Source of the DNA: Squalus acanthias
Taxonomy: Eukaryota
Direction of reading: 5' to 3'
NCBI GenBank assembly: GCA_030390025.1
Contig: CM059432.1
Coordinates: 50,284,001 to 50,348,000, forward strand
Length of the DNA stretch: 64,000 bases
The notes below the pieces were generated by a model. The model made no database searches and had not been told where the DNA came from. It saw nothing but the letters and a program-made list of their open reading frames with translations. Shown here one piece after another: positions 1 through 11,740 of this stretch. Position 1 is the first letter of the stretch; each line of letters begins with the position of its first letter. Position numbers and translations under genes: made by a program.

Positions 1-1320
1 GACTTTTGGTGGAAGCTGCAATAGAAGCTGAGACAACAGCCATTGGATGCTGCATGGTTGGGTCCGCAAGTGTGCTGATGGAGTTGGCCATCACTTTCAT
101 GCTGGAAAGGATGGGCTCCAAGCTATGCGCAAAGCCCTGTGCCACGTTGGTGCTGGACTCCTCCATGCCCCTTGACATTGAACGCAGGCTATCTGGCAGG
201 TTTCCCAATGCACCAAGCATTTGTTATGTATGCCTTCTTCTGTAGCCTGCCCCATCGAAGTCCTCATCTGAGTCCTCGACAGCAGAACTCGTGTGTGACC
301 TCGCCCTCCGGTGAGCTGGCACCTGCATTATCCTTGCTCTCTGCCTTGGCTGCAGTGAACTCATGCCCAGTGTTTTACCACATGCAGATCCCACCTTGAG
401 TGTTAAATCAAGCGACGGTGGGTCTTCATCATCAATCTCTTCTTGGTGTTCCTCCACTGCCTGGCCAGGTGGCAGTTCTTGGGTATCTGAAAGGTAAAAG
501 GCACAAGGGTATGGTTGTGGTGAGGGAAGGGGTGGAGAGTAAGAGGTCTTACACCATCTGCAGTTTGTAAGTAAGAAAAGATTGTACGATGAGGGGAAAG
601 TGAGATGTGAGAAGGAGGATTAGGTATTAGGATACCATCATCTTCAATGGTTTCAGCCCCGCTGCTGATCATGGGCTCAGCAATGACCCTTCTGATAGTG
701 GTCAGCACCGTCCTCTGCATGGGGGTTAGGAAATGCAGACGTGCCTTTCCCCCTCCAGTTAGTTCCTGTTGTCTACGGTTATGTGCCACATTGTCCTGCA
801 AGAGAGAGGGAAGTGTGTTAGTGAGTATTGTGAAATCTGTTTGGGTGATGTGGCTGTCATGGTGGAATATCTGGCAGTGTGTGCAAGCTGTGAGATGTAG
901 GTGCGAGGCTTGATGCAATGCTAAATGTGTGAGGGTGGGGTGGAGCATATGAATGTTAGGTATGAGTCCTGATTGATAGAGATTGTTGGTAGGTGAGTGA
1001 TGGGGTATGGTGAATTGAGCAGTATGTGAGGCTAGTGGTGCAGTTGGTGGGATATGACATTTGAAGAAGCACTCACTGATCTTGCCCACTGGTGTGAGGT
1101 CATTGAACTTCTTGCTGCACTGCATCCAGGTCCTCGGGGCTAGATTCCTGGCATTGACCTCCACGGCTATCCACTCCCACTGCATTTTGACCGTGTGTCT
1201 GGAGGGCCTTCTGGCCCCCTGTGAATACAGGATATCTCTCTTCCTTTCCACTTTCTGCACCAAGAACTCCAGTGCAGTGTCGGAAAAACCTGGAGCCCGC
1301 TGTCTCCCATGTTGTGCCAT
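1..1320 (-). pseudogene. Harbinger Myb/SANT-like DNA-binding gene, 3 exons (about 1320-1081, 795-636, 486-<1), decayed
   Basis: RAPGFSDTALEFLV...RTWMQCSKKFNDLT motif; exon 2 DNVAHNRRQQELTGGG follows a ttgcag acceptor; exon 3 homologous to copies B and C; exon-1 donor degenerate and early stop at 224. Confidence 0.8.
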
Positions 1321-1627
1321 TTTTTACTGTTTCCCAGGTCAGAATCACTTCCTGCACAACTCCGAGCACCTGCACCAACCATAAAGCACCTCCCCTTTAA
1401 GAGGTGGAAGCTGGCTTTGAGAAGTGCTAGGAAGTTAAGATTTTGCACTCCCTGCTGATGCGTGTAGCCAATGAATAGTACGGTAAGCACTGGCTGCACT
1501 CAGAAATCATGCTAATTAGCAGGCAGCACAAAGATGGCGTGCTATATTAATTTCAAACAATGGGCGCAGGTTAATCGCGCATTGCGATCCCCGCACTCAT
1601 TATCGGAGCCTCTCCAATTTAGCCCCC
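1..1627 (-). mobile_element. PIF/Harbinger transposon copy A, truncated by the window start; Myb-gene end
   Basis: Terminal GGGGGCTAAATTGG (minus, 1627-1614) resembles the GGGGGAGAAATTC TIRs of other copies; contains a Myb/SANT-like gene. Confidence 0.75.
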
Positions 1628-1673
1628 AGTGCCTCTGACAATGCAGCACTCCCTCAGTACTGCATTGAAGTAT

Positions 1674-4548
1674 GGCCGGAATTTTGCCAGTGCTCAGCGG
1701 ACGGGATCAGTGGCGGGTCGGCAGTTAAATGTGAATTGATTGACAGCAGGTTGGGAACCCACTGTCAAATCGCGCACACTGGCCTTTCCCGATGTCAGGT
1801 CTGCCAGCGCTGGCAGGGGAGCCAATTTAAATGATTAGTGGCTTGTTTACAGCCATTTAATAATGGTTTTAGACTTACCTTTTGATTTTGACAGCTCGTC
1901 CACGGGTTTCACGCTGTTGCTAGATCTGTGAAGCTGAGGCGGGAGGTCAGTTGCCATTGAAGCAGCTGATGAGTTGACAGCTTCAAGTGTCAAGTAAAAG
2001 CTCCCACCTTACAAAGATATCTTCCTTCAGCCACAAGCTCTTCCTCACTGCATTTCCATAACAGATTCACCATGCTGCAAGTCTTTACACAAGCCTCCAT
2101 CCAGTCTGACCTCATTACCTCTCTCATAATTGACAGATCACTTCTGTCATCTCAAATTCACCTGCCATCTACTCCATCAGCATGGGTGCCCTTTATACTC
2201 TCTCACCTTGGTCCTCAGAATCCCACCACAATCAGCCCCAACACCAGCAACACCAGGCACACCAGCAACATCAACAACAACACCAACCTTCTCCGCAATC
2301 ACCTAATGCTGCACAGGACAGAGGGCATCAGCACCCAACCACATTGTTGTCCGGGAGGCCAGGGATGGCCTCACCATGGCCAGATTTACTTCACTTGATG
2401 CTGTACACCCTGGTTGCCACATGATGCGCCAGGTTGGCACCACCCCACACCAACACCATAAAGCATCCCTACAATGCCCAAGCCATTCCTTTCACACTCA
2501 TCACCATTGCGGGGGCTACCGTTATGTCTCACCATTCACTGCAACTCACTAAGCCACTTCCAAAGGTGCACACAAATCTGTCCAAGAACGGAAAGTGTTG
2601 AAAATAAAGGTTACAATGTTTGACACCACATTAACAGAAACTTTACATGGACATTGCATAAAACACTCAAGTGGCTACCCTTGTGTGTTGTTAGTTGGTA
2701 TAATTGGACGAGGATGAGGGTGAGTATGAGGGGTGGCTAGTGAGATGGGGATGTGATAATATAGATAGAGAGAGAGGGATGGGTGGAGGTGCAAGGTAAG
2801 TTGGTGTGAGTAAGGATGTGCAGGTAGGGAAGGCAGAGTGATGGGGAAGTGATGAGAGGCACAGCAGGATGAGGTTGAGTGTGGCTTTGTACTAACGTTT
2901 TGCGATCTACTGAGATAATTGAAACGTTTGCGGCACTGCACCCAGGTCCTCCTGACCACATCTCTGCTTGTGCCCTCCTGTGCAATGTGCAACCAGGCTG
3001 TGTTGATCTCTTGGGAAGGTCTCTTCCACCCATGGGAAGGGAAGAGGAACTCCCTGCGTGCTGTGACTCCCTATAAGCATATGGAGGGAGATGTGGGAGA
3101 GCCTGGGTGCAGCCCTGTGTCTTTGTGCAGTGCTTGTCAGTGTTTGCAGCACCTCAGTGCTGTAGAACACTGACAGCACAAATGTCAAAATAAATTTGGA
3201 CATGGTCCCTTTAAGGAAACTGGCTGATGACGCGTCTTCAAGTGACGTCACCAGACCCGCTTCCTCTAATTGGCCGGGAAATATGCTGGGCGGGCATAAC
3301 AAGCCCCAGGGAAATTCATTTCAGACAGCGGGCTGGAGCCAGCAGCGGGGTTGGGACCTGCCACCTGAAGGGATATTTACTAGTCCTAACCCTTTAGGGC
3401 TACCCCAGATCAGGCGTATTCCTCAGACGTTCACTTTCAACTAAAGTTTGAGGTAACCGAATCCTAAAGACGCTTAATTGGATCTAAAGGTCCGGACTAT
3501 CTCTCCCTAAAGGAAAGAAACAACCTGAAAATGTTACCGTCCTCCAGATAGCACTTTTAATAAGTTTAACTAGACTGTAACGTTCCGGATATTATGAGGG
3601 TCCGGAAAACTCCCCCAGAATTCTGCAACTCCTCACCAAAGCATGTACAGAGATTGAGTTCGCAAGTTTGATACAGAAGTCTTATGTGAGACAATTCTAA
3701 AAATATATAGATTTATTAAAGAACCGACATGTAATTTACAGTTGGTGAGTCAATCGCAACATTAACAGTTCCAAAAAGAGAAAGCTTACAATCTTATTAT
3801 CAGAGATCCTTACTCTCAAATCTTAACTTTGCTACAGTTTTACAGTTCTTAAAGTTTATTCAGGATATCCACCAAAATCAAATACAATACCTTTGATCCC
3901 CGAGGTACAAAGAGTTGTAGACTTACAGAGCCGCCTCTGAAGCCAAGAATCGCTTTGCCCCTTTACAGCGAGTCTACTATCCCATTTGAGAGTTCAATAT
4001 TTATACCCTTTTCCAGTAGTAATTCCTTTAAGGTTTTCTGCTGATGTAAGCTAATTATCTCTCGTCATTTTTCTGCTGACCCCTGCAATTCTTACAGTTA
4101 CCTCAGCTGGTAGCATTAAAGAATCGTGTCTCATCTCTAGGTGTTCTAAGTTTACCATAAAAAACGGTGTAACAGCTGGTGCGTTTTTTACTTGATGTCA
4201 TTTTTATGAAGGCAGATGTTTGTGCTTCTTTACGAAGTGTAAATTAGAATACCTTAATCAGGGTGAACTATTGTCTTGTTCCCAAAGGTCAGTCTGTCAG
4301 GAGCCTTTAACCTTCTGTATCAATAAGGTTATTGATTCAGTGTCAACAACTATCTTATCTCTATAGCCAGAATGCTATCACAGCTTTTTCAGTTAGGTTT
4401 CTAGATTTCCAGACCCAGTTTGTCATGTTTTAATAAGGCCAGAATTCGTTCATAGAATGGTGTATTTTTCTGAATAGGTTATATGGCTTATTGCTTCACA
4501 CACCGACGTCGCCTGCCCCAGACCCACTGAAGTAAAGAAAATCGCGGT
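1674..4548. mobile_element. Non-autonomous Harbinger E1 (GGCCGGAATTTT TIR family) interrupted by a solo LTR
   Basis: Left TIR at 1674; colinear with 13728-17767, 40457-42236 and 46275-47468; frameshifted Myb exon-1 remnant at about 2890-3140 (minus); flanks (1629-1671, 4549+) look like a split SacSINE1-like fragment. Confidence 0.8.
3366..4500 (-). mobile_element. Solo LTR (~1.13 kb) of an LTR retroelement or endogenous retrovirus
   Basis: TG...CA ends (TGAAG / CTTCACA), 4-bp CACC duplication (3362-3365, 4501-4504), absent from sister E copies; minus-strand TATAAATA 4005-3998 and AATAAA 3860-3855. Confidence 0.7.
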
Positions 4549-5437
4549 GTTCAAGTCTTGGATTGGGGCTGTGAACCCATAACCATCTGTGCTAAGTTAG
4601 TTGACTCAGTCATGACAGCAGCTACAATGGGCCTTAATATCCCTGAACTGGAAAGGGAACAAAGCAGCGAGGGTACCTGCTCCCAGGTACAGTCTGAAGT
4701 AGTGCATGATTATCAACCTGCCCAGGGATCAATCCTTTGCTCTTTAAGCAGCTGAACCAAAACGGCTGTATTTCATACTATATTTCCAGTGTAGTTGTAA
4801 AGACTGCTAGAACTTGCTCAGAGTGTACCGTGACCTTCAAATATGCTTTGGACTGTTTGGCATTTGAATCAATTTAATATGGCTGTTAAGTGAACAGAAA
4901 TGGAAAGGTCAAAATCACAGAAAATCCTGAAATTTAGACATGCCCTAGTTAGTTAAATCCTTAGAAAAAAAGAAACACTTGAAAACATGATTTGAATGGC
5001 ATTTATTTGCAAAACATTAATAAGAAAAATAAAGTTGTTTGATTTCAGCTTTTTCTTTCCAGTTTATGTCAGGCCCAATAAATTGTGTAGATTTATTTTC
5101 ATATAGCGAGTCAAATGTGGATAATGTGAATGCAGGTGGTAAAAAGGAAGCCCACTGAACTTATTGAAGAGGATCAAAAGAAAGAGATAAAGGCAGAAAT
5201 AGAAATAATTCATCATGAATGCTGTCTCCCTTCTGTTTTTATCTCTTGTTATTTCTGGCTATCCCAAAGCTTAATCTTCATGCTGCTTTTTCTGGGGTAG
5301 TTAATAATTCTCCCTCTCTTTAGTCTTCTTCTACTATACTTCAAAGCTTTTTTTTCAATGAGACTAAAATATGCCTTCGCCAATCCAAAAATTTCTTTTT
5401 GGCAACTCTCTCCTCCTCTCCGCCTCAACTGAAGACT

Positions 5438-5944
5438 GAGATAGAAATTGTTTTAAGAGCGTTTTCGGGCAGAGAGCGGGCACCATGCTTGGAGTGCCAT
5501 CAGGGGTTTTAAAATGGGCAATGGTGGGGAGGTGAATGTGATGACTTTGGAGGCGGGGAAGGGCTCCTGCTCCTCTGGCTCCACAGGAAAGTTTTGGTAA
5601 AAAGGTGCATTAAAAAAAAACCTTTCTTTTAGTTTCTTTTCTTTTATTTGGAGGCGGCACTGAAAGTCACTGAGTGGGACAGGCCCAATGCTTGCACTGC
5701 TCATCGTCGCCCAATTTCAGTGAGGGAACTTAAAACATACGTTAGACCCTTCAGTTCGCATATTTAAGGACCTAACGTCTGATTTGAGCCACTGCCAGGC
5801 AAGCCTGAAAAATGCCACGACCCAATTTCAGGTCAGACTTTTTCAGGCGTCCTTGGGGCCCAGGATGTTGGTTCTCTAAATTGGGCATCGTTGCGCTCAT
5901 TTTACACCCATAAAATGGGCGCACCGAGGTCCAATTTCTACCCC
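5438..5944. mobile_element. Harbinger-type MITE
   Basis: GAGATAGAAATTG left end versus CAATTTCTACCCC right end; GC-richer than its flanks. Confidence 0.5.
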
Positions 5945-7832
5945 TTTGGGCCTGAAATGTCTGGAACCCTGCTCTGCCCTGCCTCCAGACATGAGGCACA
6001 CTAGGACTGCTCGCCACCAGTCGGCTGCAGCCTGCCTTCATCTCAAATCCTGGAGTCAAGGTCATTTGCATGGGGGAACTGGGCACCTGCACCACTTTCA
6101 ACATTACTGTCACAGGTGCCTTCGCAGGGGGCCAGGATTTTCAGAGCAGTACCTGGCTATTACCATAAGGAGCCGAACTGCTTTTTTGCCTCATAAAGTC
6201 AAGCTTCCTCTTTGCTGACAATGTACTCTACTCCAATTTTAGAAGTTTCATCCATCCTTATGGCCTCTGATGGAAACTGTAAGTCTCAGCTGGATTGATA
6301 GGCAGGTCCTAGTAATAAAAGGACAGTGTGTTAACCCATTGTACGACATAGTTACTTTTAAATTACTGGTCATTTCATCTCGGTGTTTAATCTGCCTAAC
6401 CCTACGGGTTTGGCATATGTACAGACTTTATGATGTAAAAGATCCCAAGGAATGGTTACCATTGATTGGGATTACCATGTACATATTCCATCCTAACGTT
6501 TTTAGTTTCTGGTTAGCATTTTGTTTAAAGCCAACAGTCTCATGGGGTAAATAATTAAAATCTGATTTTTGTCCATTACATTATGACAGTGAGTAATTAT
6601 AAAATGAATAATTCTGCTGAAAATAACGTTGTAACAATGTCTTTGGCAAAGAAATCCGTGCAGCTAAATTTCAAATTTTGCAGGAACGTGGATGTTTCAA
6701 TCAGTCCTTAAACTTCATCTATCAACACCCTATTCACACAATGATTTGACAAGTACTGTGTGCTTCGATGTAGTTCCATTTGTTTGACGTGATTGTAATC
6801 AGGAGCGTGAACCCTGCTTGATATTTTTCCACCTCCCTGACCAAGTAGTGCTGAGGCCACTTGTATTGCTTCCACTGCCATCGCAGCTCAAATCAGCTCA
6901 TTCATACGAGTATTCAATCTGGATTTTTCTTGATAATGTGGCTCACCACATACTAGATAAACTTGGTGAGCCACTGGGGGAGTTAACAAACTAGGAAAAC
7001 TAGCAACAAGTAGAAAGTAGGCCATTACAAAAAAAAAGAGAAAAATCCATTAAGCTCAAATTATACTTGATTTTCAAATCACATAGAATTTGTAGTGCTG
7101 TCAATACATGCTTCATGTTTACTCCACAAGCTTAGAGTTCCCTTTTGTCTTTGATAAATAAGAATTGATTTGAAGAGGTCTGACTTGTTTATCAGTATTT
7201 CTTTTCCTCTCATACTTAAGTTAACTACTGTATTAAAGTGGAGGTGTCGCAGCCAAGGTAAATTCTGGTTTCATCTAATCGCTACGTGCATGGACCTTTC
7301 CAGTAGACATCACGTATAGCAACCATGGTTGTATTTTTCCTTTCTAGCCCAAGGGGACTTGAGGCCAACTGTAGCACCCTCGCTGCTGTTGTAGATGCCC
7401 AGCTACCATTTTCATCCATCAGAACATAGAATGAATGGAAGCAAAAATGAAGACGTCAGTTCCTATCCCTCCCACCTAATATTCAATATATATTTTTTAA
7501 AGCACAAAGGCTTTCCCATTGGTGTTGTCCCGATCTCCCACCTTAACTTCAGCAGGAGATCGGAGGAATCCCAGAAAAAACAGAGTAAACAGCCGTTTAC
7601 GTCGCTTCTCCAGGATTTAACTGATTCTCCCACTAAAGTAATGGCAGGAGATTGTGACCACCACTGGGGAAATTTTGCATCTATTACTCTTAAGGATTGA
7701 TTAAAAGAAAAAAATTGTAAACACTGGAATAAAAAATAGAAAATGCTGTAAATGTACAACAAGCCTGTCAGCATTGATAAAGTGAAAAGATGGGCTAATG
7801 TTTCAGGTGCAGATGTTTCATAAGAAAGGAAT

Positions 7833-8890
7833 AACTTGCATTTATATAACATTTTTATGACCTTAGGGTATCCCAAAGCATTTCACAGAAATTCTGGGGG
7901 TGATTTTTCCAATGGGGAGCTTTTGGAGGCGGGACTCCCACTTGTCGGGTTTCAGTCCCGCCTCCAACAACTTCTGACCAACTCACGCTATTTTCCCTTG
8001 ATTGACCTTGTTAAGCCCGCCCAGCGGGCTTAGCAGGCCAATTAAGAGAAAACCAGTTGCAGAGAACGTCAACGTATGACGTTTCATCTGTCAAAAAATC
8101 TGTTAACAGGCAGTTAATAGGCTTTAATCCCTTCCCGCCTCCAAGGAGACGGGACCCGGCACGGGACGGCTACCCGCCTCCTGGGAAGATGGCATGGAGG
8201 CGGGTTGGGCACCCGGCCCCAGATTCTGCCATTTTCCCGGCAGTCCCGCCTCCATACCCGCCTCCATGTCATCTTCCCAGGAGGCGGGTAGCCGTCCCGT
8301 GCCGGGACGATCGCACCCTACGTATTTTTTATTGAAGTGTAGTCACTGTTGTAATGTAGCCAATTTGCACACAGCAAGGTCCTAGAAGCAGCAATGGGCT
8401 AAATTACCAGATAATTTGTATTAGTGATGCTGGTTGAGGGATGAGTGTCTAGTGGCAAAGAATACAAAAACAGTTCAACGTGTACACTTCCACATCCTCA
8501 TGACATCCCAAAGCTCTTCACAGTCAATTAATTAGTTCTGAAATTATGAACTTTATCACTGATATTTTCTAGGTAAATGCAGCCGCTATTTTCCACACAG
8601 CAATGAAATAAATGACATGTTAATCTGTTTAGAAGATGTTGGTTAAGGGAGGAATATTGGCCAGGACAACAAGAGAAGTCCCTGCTCTTCCTCAGAAAAA
8701 TGCCATAAGATCTTTTATATCAACCAGAATGGACAGATAGGGCCTCAGTTTAATAGCTCATCCAAAAAACACCACCTCCAATAATACAGCATTCACTCAG
8801 TACTACAATGAAACATAAGCCTAGATTAATTACTTATGTCCTAGACTGAACCCACAGTTTTCTGCTAACACTGAACCAAGCTGACATTAG
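7833..8890 (-). repeat. Decayed SacSINE1/DeuSINE-like fragments, the first split by a MITE
   Basis: acttgcatttatat...cccaaagca (7833-7888) resumes as tgaagtgtagtcactgttgtaatg (8332+); second decayed copy about 8490-8890; similar to 44050-44528. Confidence 0.6.
7896..8320. mobile_element. Deleted Harbinger-type MITE, inverted relative of 10917-11740, with a fold-back right end
   Basis: Reverse-complement similarity to 10917-11740; 51-bp inverted repeat at 8155-8306. Confidence 0.65.
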
Positions 8891-8954
8891 TAGGCATCAG
8901 TTGGAATTTTTGGCATGCCATTAAAGGAAGGAAAAGGTGCAGTGTAGATGTAAA

Positions 8955-9825
8955 GGCCTAGAAATTCAATCGCGCCCAAAAACAAGGCGTGCAGGGACGG
9001 GACACACACTGCACACCTTTGTTCACGTGGTCGCAGGGACCACTTGAAATTGGTACTGCCAGCTCATTATTATGACTCAGGTTTGCAGCCAGAGCTATTC
9101 ATTGGCTGCATTCCTGTTTGGGGCAGAAAAGAAATTGTGGTCGTGCACAATTTGCAGCAGGAGGCAGCGACTGGAGGAAGCCGTGACTGCCTTGCACTTT
9201 CTCTGCACGTCCCATGTGGAAAAAGGTGTGCTGGACATCACGGGCAGGGGGAGAGTCATAGCCATGGCAAGTGGTATCGCTGGAGAGAACGTCGTTGAGG
9301 GTTTCTTCTCACCTAGAATCATAGAATCATAGAATGGTTACAGCGCAGAGGAGGCCATTCGGCCAGTTGAGCCCGTGCAGGCTCTCTGCAAGAGCATTCA
9401 GCTGGTCCCACTCCCCTGCCCTTTTCCCGTAGCCCTGCAATTTATTTTCCTCTTTTTCCCTTCTTCTATCTCACCCTACATACTGCATGACAAACTGCAA
9501 CCACTTCTTCCTCTGCTCTCCCTTCACACCAAAAGGTAACCATTGTCCCTCTCTTTCATTTCATGTGCTGAAAATGTTGACACACCTCTGCCACTTCAGG
9601 AAGAAGAGGCCAGCCTTCCTGAAGATCCACCATCACTTGATCTGACCCTAGCAAGCATTAGCTCTGAGATTGGCACCATGCGTATTTTAGAGGGTTGGTT
9701 TTCACATGGTGAATCACCGGCTACAAGTGTGCAGGAGCTACGGCAGGGGGATAGAACGCCACAGGTGACAGTTCACCAGGGGTGAAATCATGTACTAGCG
9801 CTGCTGCAGAGGACTCAGACGCTGT
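8955..9825 (+). pseudogene. Highly decayed Harbinger fragment with Myb-gene exon 2/3 remnants, interrupted by a CR1 3' tail (about 9315-9450)
   Basis: GGCCTAGAAATTC TIR-like start; EDPPSLDLTL...HGESPATS similar to copy A exon 3. Confidence 0.55.
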
Positions 9826-10916
9826 AAGGATCCTTACATGAAATTTAGTTCCAAGAGGACATGGGCACACAGAGCAAGACTGGGACTAAATTAGCAGTAT
9901 CACTCAGAGAGGACCAAGGATCGCTAGTTTTTGAAATAAAAAAAATGTCACACCTGTGTGGTAGTGGGTTACAGCACATTGATATATCTGAGCTGTGAAT
10001 GTTTGATACTGTCATTGGCTGCCAGAAATGGAAGGCGCTCCATTCCCCAGCTCTTAAAATGTGTGCAAACTTTATATTAAAAGCATTCTGTACATAAATA
10101 CTGAAGCTTTAAGTCTAAGGGACAAATTTTGAGAAAAGAAAAACAGCTTTTAGTTTTTCCACTGTACTCACACATAATGTAGGAAAATGACCTATTTTGC
10201 AGTTGGGTATTTTTAGCTAAGATTTGGTAAATTTGCAAAATCTAAAACAATAAGTGCAAGTCAAGCAAAAATAGCTTGCAAATGACTGCTAATGACACAA
10301 ACGCACCAATTTCATAGCAGCCAGAACATATTTATTTATAAATGCAAATGTCAATATGTCCCAGGAGAAAGGAAGCAAAAGATGCAAACTAAAGTGCACA
10401 GGAGGCACAGAAGACATAAGACCCATTTTGCAAGGCTCCATCCAATCTGCAAGCACATTAAATTCTAAACTTATGCGAAACATCTCATTCAGAATTTCAC
10501 GACTTCTGGTGAGACTCTGCCCCCGGTGCTCTGCTTGCCTGTATAAAATGGGCACATGACAGGGAAACAGGCCTGGCCTGCTTTGGAGTGTCTCTTACAG
10601 CAAGGTTGCTGTTGTTATTTGGAAAGTTTTTGATGACTAGTTTTTTTGGACATTGAGCATTTCTCTGCTTGTGCATTGAACATTCGGCATAGTTTTTCAC
10701 CCTCTGCGTTGTTGTCATTTTGCTGAAAGGCTACAATTAGCTAAGACATGCTTTAATGCAGTATGGGGTACAAATACTGCAGTTCAAGTTGCAGCTAACA
10801 AAGTTGGCAGGATGGGAATCCTTTTAGTTCTTCCCATAGTACTACATGTATTGGATAAGGAGGACTAATTCATGAGGACAGGACATCTACAGCTCCAACA
10901 ACACCTCGGACAGTAT

Positions 10917-11740
10917 GAGGGGAATTTTCCCAGCCCTGGGGAGGCGGGTATGGAGGTGGGACTGCCAGGAAAATGGCAGAAACTGGGAGCGGGTACCGAC
11001 CCCGCTCCCAACCCGCCTCTGTGCCATCTTCCTGGGAGGCGGGTCCCCGAGTCGCGCAGGGACCTGTCTCCTCGAGGCGGGAAGGGGATTAGAGCTAATT
11101 AACTGCCTGTTTTGAGGCTTTGTCCCATTTTACGCTTGCAATTGCGGGCTTCCCGACGGCTGCAAACCTCGCCAGGGTCAGCGAGGCGAGCAGTGGGTCT
11201 GCAGGGGTGAGAGGGGTCGAAATGTCAGCTGTAGAGGTGTGTGATGGGTGCAAGTGTGGACAGGTAAGTATGAGAGGTGAGTGAAAAGTGTTGGAAAAAG
11301 TTTCCTTACCTTTGCTTCTTTCTGCAGGCTTCAACCTTTGAGGATCCGGAGGTGCCTCATCTCAACGGCAGAGATGACAGAATGGTTGCTGCATTCTTAG
11401 GTGCAGCAGCCATCTACTTCCTGTGGAGGAGAGAGGTCTTGGTGAGCCTTCTGTGCAAGGGCTCACCTTAGAACAGAGATTGTCAGTGTTTGACAGCTTC
11501 TCAAAGCTGTCAAACGCTGACAATTCATCTGTCAAAAAATTTTCGACAGATGAAGCATCATACGCTGACGTCATCTGTCACCGGCTTTCCCTTAATTGGC
11601 CGGTAAGCCTGCAGGGCAGGCTTAACAAAGTCAATCAAGGGAAAATAGTGTGGGTTGGTCAGATGTCACGGGGGGCGGGACTGAAACCCGGAAACCAGAA
11701 GTCCCACCTCCAGCATGTCTCCATTGAGAAAATCCAGCCC
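10917..11740. mobile_element. Harbinger-type MITE
   Basis: Imperfect TIRs GAGGGGAATTTTC / GAAAATCCAGCCC with TAT on both sides; shares CRE/AATTGGCCGG block with the E family. Confidence 0.7.

Noticed and set aside
403..1320. Single-exon 305-aa gene from the ORF track
   Set aside because: The ORF reads through two introns by chance; the real structure is 3 exons
7730..7826. Third hammerhead in a decayed Penelope-type end
   Set aside because: Core reads CUUAUGA and the stems are disrupted
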